From Octopus vulgaris (Eukaryota), in the NCBI GenBank assembly GCA_951406725.2, contig OX597832.1:24676001-24740000 (forward strand): a stretch of 64,000 nt of DNA. Direction: 5' to 3'. A program made the position numbers and the translations under genes. Positions 39,805-52,693 of this stretch are shown here, piece after piece. Each line of letters opens with the position of its first letter. The stretch's first letter is position 1. The notes under the pieces were generated by a model. That model worked only from the letters and a program-made list of their open reading frames with translations, searched no databases and was not told the origin of the DNA.

Positions 39805-39848
<44 letters not shown>

Positions 39849-39849
<1 letters not shown>

Positions 39850-40003
39850 AATTATAATTCAGGGTATCTAAGAGATACTATGAGGATATCTCTTAGATAC
39901 CCTAAATTATAATTTTAATTGTAATTATTACCTTTGAACGTTTTTATTCCCATGCAGGCCACTTGATAAGTTCGATATTTAAATAATGATCTTATTCTTC
40001 TTT
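39849..40003 (+). mobile_element. Insert between (TA)n and (CA)n starting with a 29-bp inverted repeat
   Basis: Arms 39849-39877 / 39887-39915 (1 mismatch), then ~90 bp of tail. Confidence 0.5.
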
Positions 40004-40035
40004 ACACACACACACACACACACAAACACACACAA

Positions 40036-40081
<46 letters not shown>

Positions 40082-40699
40082 TTATCTACATATGTATAAG
40101 TATATATGCATTTATATAATGTTTATACACGCTCGCATGCACATGCATTTATGCAGATAGGTAAGTATATATTACAGAAGCCACCCATGTCTTTTACAAT
40201 CTTACATGTTACGTAATACTTCCATGACGAGAGACTTTTCGAAAAGTAGCGAAGCTGGAAAGTATTATCCATTATTGAAATGTAACCGAACATAGAATAC
40301 CACACGCCATCAGACGCCTAAATCATGTTATTGATAATCGAATGCACGATAGTGTTGGTTCTTATTTTATTGATCATGGAAAGATCAAAGACAGAATCCA
40401 TTCTGCTCTGCTATGGAAATAAATTCAACATAGGATAAATTTAGATCGCTTCTGATGTCCCCTTGATGTAACTGTATATTGTATTCCTGCCTTTGACCGT
40501 GTCTTGTTAGATATTTGTCGAGTAACGTACTTGACTTAGCATGATTCATGAAGTGTCTTGCAATTGTGCGATAAATCTGATGTAAACGAGACCGAGGTCT
40601 GGTGGAGAAATGAATTATGAAAACATTTATTCGAAGGTCATGAGTTCAATTGCTTGTATTTGAATCGCAAAATTTTTCCATATTACCACATCTATATTA

Positions 40700-40921
40700 C
40701 TCTTTACTCTCTCTCTCTTTTACTTGTTTCAGTCATTTGACAGCGGCCATTTGACTGCAACACCTTTAGTCGAGATAATCGACCCCGGGACTTATTCTTT
40801 GTAAGCCCAGTACTTATTCTATCGGTCTCTTTTGCCGAATCGCTAAGTGACGGGGACGTAAACACACCAGCATCGGTTGTCAAGCAATGCTAGGGGGACA
40901 AACACAGACACACAAACACAG

Positions 40922-40964
<43 letters not shown>

Positions 40965-41130
40965 CTTATATACGACAGGCTTCTTTCAGTTTCCATCTAC
41001 CAAATCCACTCACAAGGCTTTGGTCGGCCCGAGGCTATAGTAGAAGACACTTGCCCAAGCTGCCACGCAGTGGGACTGAACCCGGAACCATGTGGTTGGT
41101 AAGCAAGCTACATACCACACGGCCACTCTT
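40700..41130 (-). mobile_element. SINE family B, full length
   Basis: Reverse complement of 31223-31663. Confidence 0.9.
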
Positions 41131-41738
41131 AGGTACACTCGCATGTAAATTCGAATACATACTCGCAGGTTAATGAAGAACCTCTCAATAGCATAACGCT
41201 ACCGCTGGAGGCTGTCGCGATCCGTTACCATTCAACAGTATCTGCTGTATTTACTATTCAGTGCTTAGAGTTATTTAAGAACTAATGTTTCTGGTAATGG
41301 GTTTCTGTTTACAACACAGAAAAGAAAACGAGATACGTATGATGCAGACTCTCTGCTATTGTAATTCCATCCATTTTTAAGATGCCTTACAGATATATAA
41401 AACGGTGAGCCAATTCTAGAATGGAAATTATTACATCTACATTAGAAGGATGAAAGGAAATGTTTTCCTTGGTTGTTCTTGCAAGCAGAACGCAGATAAA
41501 TGTAAATAAATAGATACCTCAGTTTTCCATCTCATTATCTAAAAGATGGCGGCATTTGTTCAAATCGGTTCTGCATTTAACATAATATCTTGATATATTC
41601 GTTCTAGAAATTTATGATCTGAGTTCAAACCACGCCATGGTCAAATTTACATTTCATTCTTCTGAGTTTGATAATATAAAATACCTCTCAGGTCGATATA
41701 ATTGATTGCTCTCATCTTCCACAAAGCCATTGACATTA

Positions 41739-41910
41739 TAGTAATCCCTCGCCATATCGCGGTTCAGCTACTGCGGCTCACTTATCGCGGTTTATTATTT
41801 AAGTTTATGTCGATTCCTCAGTGGTGGTGTTCTGCATTGATAATAAAATAAACAGATACACATTATGTAAATAATTAAAAAATATATACTGTGCAGTACT
41901 GTTTCTACAT
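41739..41910. mobile_element. Tigger/pogo-like MITE end
   Basis: TAGTAATCCCTCGCCATATCGCGG matches the reverse complement of the terminus at ~62282-62302. Confidence 0.6.
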
Positions 41911-42029
41911 GACACACACAAACACACACACACACACACTCTCTCTCTCTCTCTCTCACTCTCACACACACACACATATATATATATATAACGATTCCTG
42001 TACTTGACAAAATATATTATTTTTTAAAA

Positions 42030-42525
42030 TTTAAAGGATGAAAATCAAACTCAACCTCGGCGGAATTCCAACTCCGAACCTAAATTCGAAGCGATACCGA
42101 TCCGCTAACGATTCTTCCACCTAACAACTATAATAACAATAAAAATAATAACTCTGGGATGGGTTAAGTCGATAGCATCAATACCAGTGCCCAACTGGTA
42201 CTTCTTTTTTGACCTCGAAAGAATTCAAGGCAAAATCGACCAAAGCCGAAATTGAACCCCAGAACGTAAGCATTTTTCCTGGCGTACTAACGATTCCACC
42301 AATTCGCCGTCATTAATGGTTCCAAATTTTGGCACAAGGCCAGCAATTTCGAAGGAGGGCTTACGTCGAATACATCGACCCCAGTGCTCAGCTGGTACTT
42401 ATTTTATCAATCCCGAAACGATGAAAATCAAAGTCGACCTCGGCAAAATTTGAACTCCGACCGTACGTACGGAAATGCTACTAAGCATTATCCCGCTTTG
42501 TTAACAGGTCTACCAGCTCGCCACC
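42030..42525 (-). mobile_element. Cluster of three diverged SINE family C variants
   Basis: Repeated CTGGTACTT..GA(T/A)GAAA..AAAGTCGACCTCGGC..CTAACGATTC motifs. Confidence 0.65.
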
Positions 42526-42526
42526 T

Positions 42527-42546
42527 TAATAATGATAATAATGATG

Positions 42547-42583
<37 letters not shown>

Positions 42584-42654
42584 TAATAATAATAATATTA
42601 ATGATGATAATAATAATAATGATAATAATAATATTAATAATGATAATAATGATG

Positions 42655-42747
<93 letters not shown>

Positions 42748-42945
42748 TTAATGATGATAATAATAATAATGATAATATTAATGATGATAATAATAATAAT
42801 AATAATAATATTAATGATGATAATAATAATAATGATAATAATAATAATATTAATGATGATAATAATAATAATGATAATAATAATAATATTAATGATGATA
42901 ATAATAATAATGATAATAATAATATTAATAATGATAATAATGATG

Positions 42946-42989
<44 letters not shown>

Positions 42990-42990
42990 C
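42527..42990. repeat. ~460-bp compound (AAT)n/(GAT)n microsatellite with higher-order repetition
   Basis: Direct reading. Confidence 0.95.
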
Positions 42991-43629
42991 ATCAGTAGCA
43001 GCAGATTGGAAGAGAAATATTCTAAGAATTTAACCAGAAACAATCACAGAATTCGTACGGAACCAATAAAAGAGCAGGAATCAGATTATTAGAGTAGAAC
43101 CAATCAAAGAAATATATCAGGACGAATCTGAGAATTAGATCAGGACCAATCAGATAATGAGACCCGAACCCAACATATTGAGTTAGATTTACGGATCGAA
43201 ATCAGAGAATTGGAACAGAAACTGCTGTAGAAGTATTTTTGATGTCGAAGAATCTGATAAAACGGAACATGCAGAAATTAAGTAGAAAATCAGAAGAGAA
43301 TACAAGTGCAGTGTCGGATAAAATATTAAAAACGAAAAGGAAATAAAACCCAGCCAAATGCCGGGAATGAGTTTCTGTGTCTAAATACAAATATATTAGC
43401 AGAACCAGTCGTAAATTAGAAGTTGATTGTAGTGACTTGGATGTTGAGTAGATCGATTTACCACGATAAGAAAAACAAAGATACCACTTATGACTAATAT
43501 AAAGCAACCGCCCTAATAGGACATACGTTCTGCCCCCTGTAAAAAATTTATGATAAGGTAACGATAGAAGGGATAGATAGGAAGAATTAAGCAGAGGTTG
43601 GCAGATTAATATATTATTCGTTTATACTT

Positions 43630-43789
43630 TTATTATTTTACTGGTTTCAGTCATTTCGACTTATTGTATTGGTCTCTTTTGCCGAACTGCTAATGTTACG
43701 CGGACGTAAACACACCTACTTCGGTCGTCAAGCGGTGGTGAGGAGACAAACACTGAAACACAAACACAAAAACATATATACACACACAA

Positions 43790-43843
<54 letters not shown>

Positions 43844-43975
43844 GATGGACTTCTTTCAATTTCCGTCTACCAAATCCATTCACAAGAATTTGGTGAACCC
43901 GGGGCTATAGCAGAAGACACTTACCCAAGGTGCCACGCCGTGGGACTGAACCAGGAGCAATGTGATTGGGAAACA
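43630..43975 (-). mobile_element. SINE family B, internally deleted copy
   Basis: TTCCGTCTACCAAATCCA..CCAAGGTGCCACGCCGTGGGACTGAACC. Confidence 0.8.
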
Positions 43976-44685
43976 ATCTGATGCATAACGAAAATGATCA
44001 TATTCGAACTCCTACCACTTAGTAAGCTGAATAGCAGAAGACAAGAATATTCTTCCAGTTTTCCAGTAAATATCAACGCCAACAACCACCTTGGAACGAA
44101 TGGAATAAAGGTGACGATAAAGAAATGCGGGGGATTTTAACGAGAAGAAAAGTAAAACCAGCAGCAGTAGCAGCAGCAACGTCAACTGTGACACCAAGAA
44201 TAATTATGTTTTCTTTAGGATATGTATTTCAGAAATATTAATGAAAAACCAACATCATTACATCAAAATATCTAATTACAATTATAATCAGAAATAATAT
44301 TTCATTAAATAAACAAACACGAAATACAAAAACAATTTTTCTTTCAATTAATGGATTGTACAGCAGTGTGATGATGTTGATTCCTTGTCTCAAGGAAGCG
44401 ATTGTTGGGGGTTGCGAGGGTTGCATCATTGTTGACGTTTTAACCTCTGTTACTTGGTTGGCCTGCATTTTGCTGATAACCCCGGGAAACCATGATTCCC
44501 AGCAGAAGCCCCCAAATGACAAATTTAGGATAATTGAATATGATAGCTACCTAAAATATTTACCTTATGTACTCTTTACATAAATATAGTATATGTGTAT
44601 TGCTTTGTGCTCTTCATAAGTAGTATAAACCTGTATTACACTGCCAAGTGTGTATATGTATGCATGGATGAATAAAAAAGGGTAA

Positions 44686-45014
44686 AGACCCCCTTCGGTC
44701 ATGAATGACCATGGGATTGCACCTAGAAAGTTACCCTCCTAGACACAAGTCCGGGCAAGGTTGTTTATGGAAGGTCAGCAGTCGCCCATGCATACCAGCC
44801 TCCCCTCTCCACGCCACCGATGTTATCCAAGGGAAAGACAAAGGTCGATACAGCTTGGCACCTGTTACGTCGCAACTCATTTCTACAGCTGAGTGAACTG
44901 GAGCAACGTGAAATAAAGTGCCTTGCTCAAGAACACAACACGCAGCCCGGTCCGGGATTCGAGCTCACAACCTCACGATCGTAAGCTCGACGCTCTAACC
45001 ACTGAGCCATGCGC
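44686..45014 (-). mobile_element. SINE family D, full length
   Basis: Reverse complement of 38513-38843. Confidence 0.9.
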
Positions 45015-45562
45015 ATGGATGAATAGAAAAAATTAATACTAACCCATACAAATAGCAACAAGAGTACTCATAGAGCGCAAACCTCCGCCAAGGCAACACC
45101 AACGTCCTGATTTCTTTTATTAGGGAGAAGGCCTCTATAAATATGAGACAACACAAAAACAGACAAAACAATACAAAGGAGTCAATAAACACATATCGAA
45201 TGAAATTATGGATACAATGCAAAAATGAGAAAGGAATAACTAAGTGTAATAGGTAGAACTGCATATATATTCGACCTCGTGTTGATATTTGGTGTGTAGT
45301 TCTGCAAATTATATTTGTATGGACGATCATACTGAAGATCTACAGATAAATTGCATAAGTAAAATTACGTAATTTGTTGATAGTGAAATATTGTTTATGA
45401 TTAATCTATATTTTTGTTACTTTTCATTTGTCTTGCTTGCTTATGTTTCTGGTGTTTGCTAAATTTTCTAGAGAACAATTCTTAGTGGTTAAGACCATAG
45501 CGGATCTTCTTCTAGCATAAGGGTTTCCACATAATGGTAATTCCCTCTTATATGTATGTAAT

Positions 45563-45633
<71 letters not shown>

Positions 45634-45769
45634 AACATAGAAAGGTTGGTTTTCAGGATTTTTATTTTTTAAGCGTTATTAGTTGTTGTAACTTACAAAT
45701 GTTAATGTCCTCTCTCTGCTCTAGAACTGTACTGCTGCACGTGTATTATACTCTATTCGCTCTTAGCAG

Positions 45770-46098
45770 GTGAAGACCATTGCTGCTATAATTTTCGACT
45801 CCATTCTTTTCATGGTTCCCTCCTCGATCATAATTTCACATTCGATCTTAACGCTGAATTCACTAGGAACAAAAAGCTTGTTGTAATATGGCACAGTTAT
45901 GACAATAGAAGCCACTTACTCCAAGAAATTCTCGTTGACATCAATGGGGTTTGGTTTGGCATTTGGTATACAGCCACGGAAGAAACTATGGAATTAGTAG
46001 AATTAGAACTTTCAGAATTTATATTCTCCAATTTGAGATACCAAACAAATTCAAATAACTTGCTAGCAAAACGACAAACCTGGTGGCCCAACGTGTAA
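45770..46098 (+). CDS. Possible isolated coding exon of unknown product
   Basis: Stop-free frame of ~110 codons in non-repetitive DNA (EDHCCYNFRLHSFHGSLLDHNFTFDLNAEF..LLAKRQTWWPN), preceded by a pyrimidine tract and TTAGCAG, ending at GTAAG/TAA; no family recognised. Confidence 0.2.
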
Positions 46099-48077
46099 GA
46101 AATCAATATTAAAATGAAGAATGACATTTACGATGCAGTATTTCTAGAATAATTGGCTAATTCATTGCTCTATATTATTCTTTGTTTTATAAATATCCTT
46201 CGGTTTCAACTAGAGCTGACACCGATTATACATTTCGTACATCCTGGGTCAAATGAATATGTAACTTTTATTGTCATTGTTTTCGTTTTACTCCAAAATC
46301 AACCCCGATTCAGCAGGAAACTTTATTCAAAGGCGTCCCAATCTTGACTAAAAAAAAAAATACAGACCCATCCCACCATACTCCACAAAAATTTTAACAA
46401 CATAATAATACCAGATCTTGATTTAGTGAAAACACAAAACCCAAACAGACAAACGAACACATAAAAACTATTCATAAACTCCACAAAACATTATTTAAAA
46501 TTTTAATTGCCCCTCTCAGTAATTTTTCTTGTATTAATTTGTATAATGAGACATTAGAATGAAGTTATTGTGTTCTCAATATATTGAAATCAATTCTAAT
46601 AAAATGAAGTGTGATTGTATTGATGACAAAACACATTTAAAATCAAATAAAACATTTTGTTTTTGTTTACTCAGAATTTTACGAGTAATCTATTTTTTAA
46701 GTTATTCAATAATTTACTCTTTATCAATTTTTGATTTTTAAATATAATTTATAGATCGCCAAAAAAAATCTCGTGTTTTCTAACCATCAAGTAACTACAA
46801 AACCGCTTTCGTTTGAAAAGATAGGCATATTTTTAGCCTGTTTAGTTACATAATAGTTAAAGTATGAGCGGTGGCGATAGTATTAGAGTTGGCCTTGATG
46901 TAGTTGTTGTTGTTGGTGGTGGGGATACGGGCAGCAGTGAATATGTACGTAACGTAACGGAAGAAGACTCTGCTCAGTTGAATGTCGAATTGATTATTGA
47001 CGTAATAAAATAAATGAACCAAAATACATACGTGTTTAAATTGATCTTCTATCGGTAGTCGAGAATATTTTCCTCTTCATCAACATCTCTTTCTCTTTTT
47101 CTCTTTTTCATTCCGAATAATAACAATAATAACTGTTTCTACCAAATAAAAATAATAACATTTACAATAATACCAGGCATACTTACACACTAAACGAACT
47201 AACTTTATTACTAAAAAGTTTAAATTGTCTACCGCTTGTTCTTTTTTTTATTAATTTATTTCATTTTATTTTATTTGTTTCATGTATTTGTTCACCTTTT
47301 TTCCTTCTCAAACTAAAAGATGCCAAGCAAATGAATGCCCCGCAGCAAATAAGTATGGAGCCTCATCTTGAGTTAAATCGTTCAAGTGGAGGTTTCGTTA
47401 AATGAAAGCCATGCTATGTATATATATATATATTTATTTATACACTTACTTTTTATCTATTTATTTTATTTAGGCATGCATTTATTTGCTTATTTATTTA
47501 TCTAATTGTTTGACTTGTTTTGAATATTGATACAAAGGGAGAGAAAATGCGAAGGAAAGCTAGATTGATAAATAGAGAGGAGGGGGTGGGGCTGCAGAAA
47601 AAATAAGAAAATCAATCATTTGAAAAAAAATCAATCATTTCACTTGCCTGGGATTTTTACCTGCTTACAAGTTAAGGTGGTTGAACGATAAAAATCAATT
47701 GTAGTTTTATAAAGGGAAACAATAGGAACAAAACGAAAAATATAAAATAAACGAAACGAAACGAAACGAAATGAGGCAAACAAAAAATAAACGAAACGAA
47801 ACAAGATCTACAATTTGAAGGAAAAAAAATATTCTTTTATTTTTTTTAAATACATTCTAATGATTCTGGAAAATCAGGAAGAGAAACAAGGTGGAAATTC
47901 TTAGATACCAGACTGTAGACATTTATAGATAGAGTGTTTGCTCTCTGAGACTTTCAAACAAACTACTATTGTGTTATATAAAGAATTATAGTTTTATATC
48001 CGTAAGGAATGTAGGAAATGGTATTGAAAAAAGAAAAAAAGGAAGCAATTTTGGGAGAAGGAAAGCAAGACTGTCCT

Positions 48078-48233
<156 letters not shown>

Positions 48234-48258
48234 GTATATATATATGTGTATATATATG

Positions 48259-48313
<55 letters not shown>

Positions 48314-48348
48314 GTATATATATATGTATATATATATGTATGTATATA

Positions 48349-48415
<67 letters not shown>

Positions 48416-48959
48416 TCGTGGAACAAAATTCTACGTTTTACTCGTCGGCATTTTTAACCTCGTCTCTTCTTTGTGATTTGTCTTGTTCCGAAATGAAAGC
48501 AAAAGTTTAAAATGGGGGTAGCATTGATCTCGTTTGAAAAGGAACACTATCGATTTTGTTACCGTCAAGACGAGAGTAATCAGTTGAAATCTATATCCGA
48601 TTGTATTATAAGTCATATAATAAACGGAAAACCGATATGTATGTAGATGGCAGAATAAGAAAATCGGAAAAAAGAAAATATCGGACACATTCTGTTGCGG
48701 TACTTAGGTAGATGCCTTTATGATGCAGGTTCAAATTTTGCCGCGGTCGACTTTCGAGAAGACGTTAAGTACCGGATGAACACTGGTTCGAAGTAATCAC
48801 CTTAACTTACTCCTTTAAAATTGTTGGCCTTGTGTCAGATGTTGAAGCATAAAACCGAAGAGTGTATAGAGACTCTAGAATAAAATAAAGAAAAAACATC
48901 AGTCTCAAGCGCATCGCAGTTATTGTGACACAGGTTCAAATCTTCCTGAGGTACATACT

Positions 48960-49181
48960 CTCTCTTTTACTCTTTTACTTGTTTCAGTCATGTGACTGTG
49001 GCCATGCTGGAGCACCGACTTTAGTCGAGCAAATAGACCCCCAGGACTTACTTTTGTAAGCCTAGTACTTATTCTATCGATATCTTTTGCCGAACCGCTA
49101 AGTAAAGGGGACGTCAACACACCAGTAGCGGTTGTCAAGCGATGTTGGGGGGACAAACACAGACACACACACACACACAAG

Positions 49182-49221
<40 letters not shown>

Positions 49222-49383
49222 CATATATACGACGGGCTTTTTCCAGTTTCGTCTACCAAATCCACTAACAAGGCCTTGGTCGGCCCGAGGCTATAGTAGA
49301 AGACACTTGCGTAAGGTGCCACGCAGTGGGACTGAACCCGGAACCATGTGGTTCGTAAGCAAGCAAGTTACCACATTACCACT
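48960..49383 (-). mobile_element. SINE family B, full length
   Basis: Reverse complement of 31223-31663. Confidence 0.9.
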
Positions 49384-50185
49384 TATAATTCCGGATTAGA
49401 TAAAATAAAGAACCAGTAAGGTTAATGTAATCGTCTGACCACTTTCTGGCCAAATTCCAATCAGTTATTTTAAAGAGTGGAAGATGAGTGATTGGAGGCG
49501 TGGTACAGATGACCGAATTAACAAAATGTATCGTAACAATGTAAAGCAGTTTTGACATACGAACCTTTATTACAGAAGTTCAAATCTTACCGCGGTCGAA
49601 TTTACCAGAGTCGAAAATTACTAGGAGCGATATAATGAACTATATCCGTCCCTTGAATAGGGGTCTTTGAGTCAAGGCGAAAAATCATTTTTATGAATGC
49701 AAAGCCACGGGAGGGGTTTTCTGTGGTTAGGCGAGGAAAAGATAATGTCTTTGACTCTCTACATGATCTTTGAGTTTGGGACTCTGGCTTAGTGGATATC
49801 TTCTAACTAGAGATCTGGTTGAAATGTTTTACGGTGGAATGGACTCCCCGCAAGGCAACAGAGAACCGGGAGATACCGATTGATAAAACGGTTTCGATTT
49901 GAGTTCCCGCAATAAAAATTCCATTTAATCCACCGGAAAGGGATGAACAGCAAAATATCCCTTTCTATCTTTTATTTCTGTGGTATTTTTAATTCCCTGT
50001 TTGCGTACGAAACGCAGGGCATTGGGGTTGTTTTGCAGGATTGTTAGAGCGTCCAATGCTTTGCGGTATTAAGATATTGCTCATTGGGTTATGATGTCAA
50101 ATATGACCAAGGTCAGTTTTTCCAATTCATCCTTTCTTGGACTGACAAAGTAAAACAGAATATCCTCGTAAATATATCCACACTC

Positions 50186-50609
50186 GGATCTTTTCGGTTT
50201 GAACGGCAGTTTTTTTCTAGCGGTGTCATAGGAAATTGTCACCCATAATTACGACCCTAGTATCGATCTATTGCTTTTCAATCTGTTTCAGAGTTAGGGT
50301 TAGGGTTAGGATTAGAAGTGGGGTATCTTTTTTTCTCACAAATGTAAATAAACCCAATCTGTTTCTTAAACGAGGAACATATTCATACGGCACAGAACGT
50401 TTTTTTTTTACCTCAATGGACGTCATTGATTGGTTGAAATTGCAGAAATTGAAGAAAAAACAACAAATATGTTACTAACTTTAGAATTTTCTCAATAAAG
50501 CCAAGAGAAAAAGATGTTTTATAAACACATTCTACCAGTATACGAAGTTAAAAATTTTTTAGTTACCTAGAAATTATGTTAAAAACTGCCGTTCAAACCG
50601 AAAAGATCC
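50186..50609. mobile_element. MITE with 29-bp TIRs and an 8-bp TSD (GG termini, Merlin-like?)
   Basis: TIR GGATCTTTTCGGTTTGAACGGCAGTTTTT at both ends; CCACACTC duplicated at 50178-50185 and 50610-50617. Confidence 0.9.
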
Positions 50610-51010
50610 CCACACTCGTAACTCAGAATCAAGAATATGTTACAAAATATCTTGCAATTTTGAGTTATTTCCTTTCACAGATATTTTCCCAGTCTCATGT
50701 CTTTCCTCTGTCTATGAGAAGCACGAAAGGTCGACGTCACTTCTGTCTCTTGTTCGGCTAAATTAATATAACAGCAAAATCAGCATCAATGACATCATAT
50801 ACATTATGAACAGAGTTGTTAAATACACTAATTATATATTTGTAAATAATCTGTATTTGCTTTATAACAATAATTATCTTTGATTAGTTCTGTAATTTAT
50901 AGAACCAACAAGAGGAAACAATTAAATTATACTGAACTAATATGGGGTGTCTCAAAATAAACAACACGCTTCATAGCCATTTTCCTGATAACTCTATTAT
51001 ATCTGTTGAA

Positions 51011-51243
51011 GGGCGGCGAGCTGGTAGACACGTTAGCAGGCCGGGCGAAAAATGCTTAGCGGGATTTCATCTGCCGTTTCGTTCTGAGTTCAAATTCCTC
51101 TGAGGTCGACTTTGCCTGTCATCCTTTCGGGGTCGATTAAATAAGTACCCGTTACGCACTAGGGTCGATGTAATCGACTTAATCCCTTTGTCTGTCCTCG
51201 TTTCTCTCCTCTATGTTTAGCACCCTGTGGGCAATAAAGGAAT
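51011..51243 (+). mobile_element. SINE family C monomer
   Basis: Matches 15279-15510. Confidence 0.9.
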
Positions 51244-51356
51244 ATATATTATATGTGTTGACCTCTTTAGCGCTCTTGATCAGCAGTAAAGTCTCTATCA
51301 ATAAAGTTCTCGACCCGGTTTCGAGTTGAGTTCCAGCAACAAAGTTTTCATTTATT

Positions 51357-51822
51357 TCATCTACTTTGATATAGAACCTCGGAAAGGCAGCAATGACAAA
51401 ATATTCTCTTCTCCAGCCACACCTTCCTTTTCAAATGAAAAGTAAAGAATGATCGTAAATCGTGGCCGGAGATAAAGTTGCCTGTCTTAATTCCTTTTAT
51501 CCTAGTCTTCCAAACTGCCTCTTTCGCTATTGCTACAACCGTCAGAAAACAATTCTTACCTTCGTTTGTTAAAATTTCCGGTGGGTCAATTTTTATAATT
51601 GACTCAGTCGACAGCCGTACTCTTCCTTCGCCTGACAACAGGTGTTAACATAAACCCACATTTCAGATATCTCCGGACACTGGACAATAGCGTGAGGGAC
51701 GGTTTCCCTGTCTCCCTCGCAACTTGGACAGGTCGGAGACTGACGCTTACCATGTCTTGTAAGCGTGTCCCAAACGGGCCAGGCACCTTTGTAACGATGC
51801 CAGGTCAAGGACCAATATATTG
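51357..51822 (-). pseudogene. L1/Tx1-like LINE ORF2 C-terminal fragment
   Basis: WSLTW..GAWPV..CPSCEGDRETVPHAIVQCPEISEMW (CCHC knuckle), frameshift, then ..AIAKEAVWKTR.. Confidence 0.75.
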
Positions 51823-52248
51823 AAAAAAGAAAGAAAAAAGAAAAAATGGCATTACATGTGAGATTTTCGAAATGTTTTAACTTCACCCATGGTTACATGA
51901 TCAAGGATGTGAAGTATTTTCAAACAGGGATCGAAACCACTTAAGCTACACAACTTATGCTTTTACAAAGGGTCTTAACGTCAAATCTATCTCTCACTTC
52001 ACTCTTCTCACTCGACATGTCTGTCTCCATAGCACCCACCAACCTTATCCCACTTATGTTCTCCACCCTTAAATGTATTTTTTTTTCTTTCTCTCCAGAT
52101 AATTTCTGGCATTTTCGTTATTAACCCCTATTGAACACGAATCGAATATAATTTTTTTCACTGGATCATTTGACAAGACTAAAATTCTAAGCATGGATTC
52201 ATGCAGATCAGGAAATTAACGGCATTTCGAAACAAAATGTTGATATAT

Positions 52249-52282
<34 letters not shown>

Positions 52283-52370
52283 CTTATATATCTGTGTTTG
52301 TGTGAGTGTGTGCGTGTGTGTTTATATACATATATATGTGTGTGTCTATATATATATGTGTATGTAAGTG

Positions 52371-52419
<49 letters not shown>

Positions 52420-52526
52420 GTATATATGTATATATACATATTTGTACATATATATATGTGTGTATATATATATGTATATATGTGTGTGTGTGTGCATACA
52501 TATATGCATGTATATATATATGTATG

Positions 52527-52583
<57 letters not shown>

Positions 52584-52662
52584 GTACACACACACACACA
52601 CACATATTTTATGTTTATGTTTTCCAGTTTCAGCTCTTGAGCTGTGGCCATGCTGGGGCACC

Positions 52663-52693
<31 letters not shown>

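Noticed and set aside
41542-41554. YY1-like AAGATGGCGGC promoter motif
   Set aside because: Coincides with the 5' end of a decayed family C SINE
44238-44583. Overlapping 75-94 aa ORFs in higher-GC unique sequence
   Set aside because: No recognisable motif or splice structure; cannot distinguish from a decayed repeat
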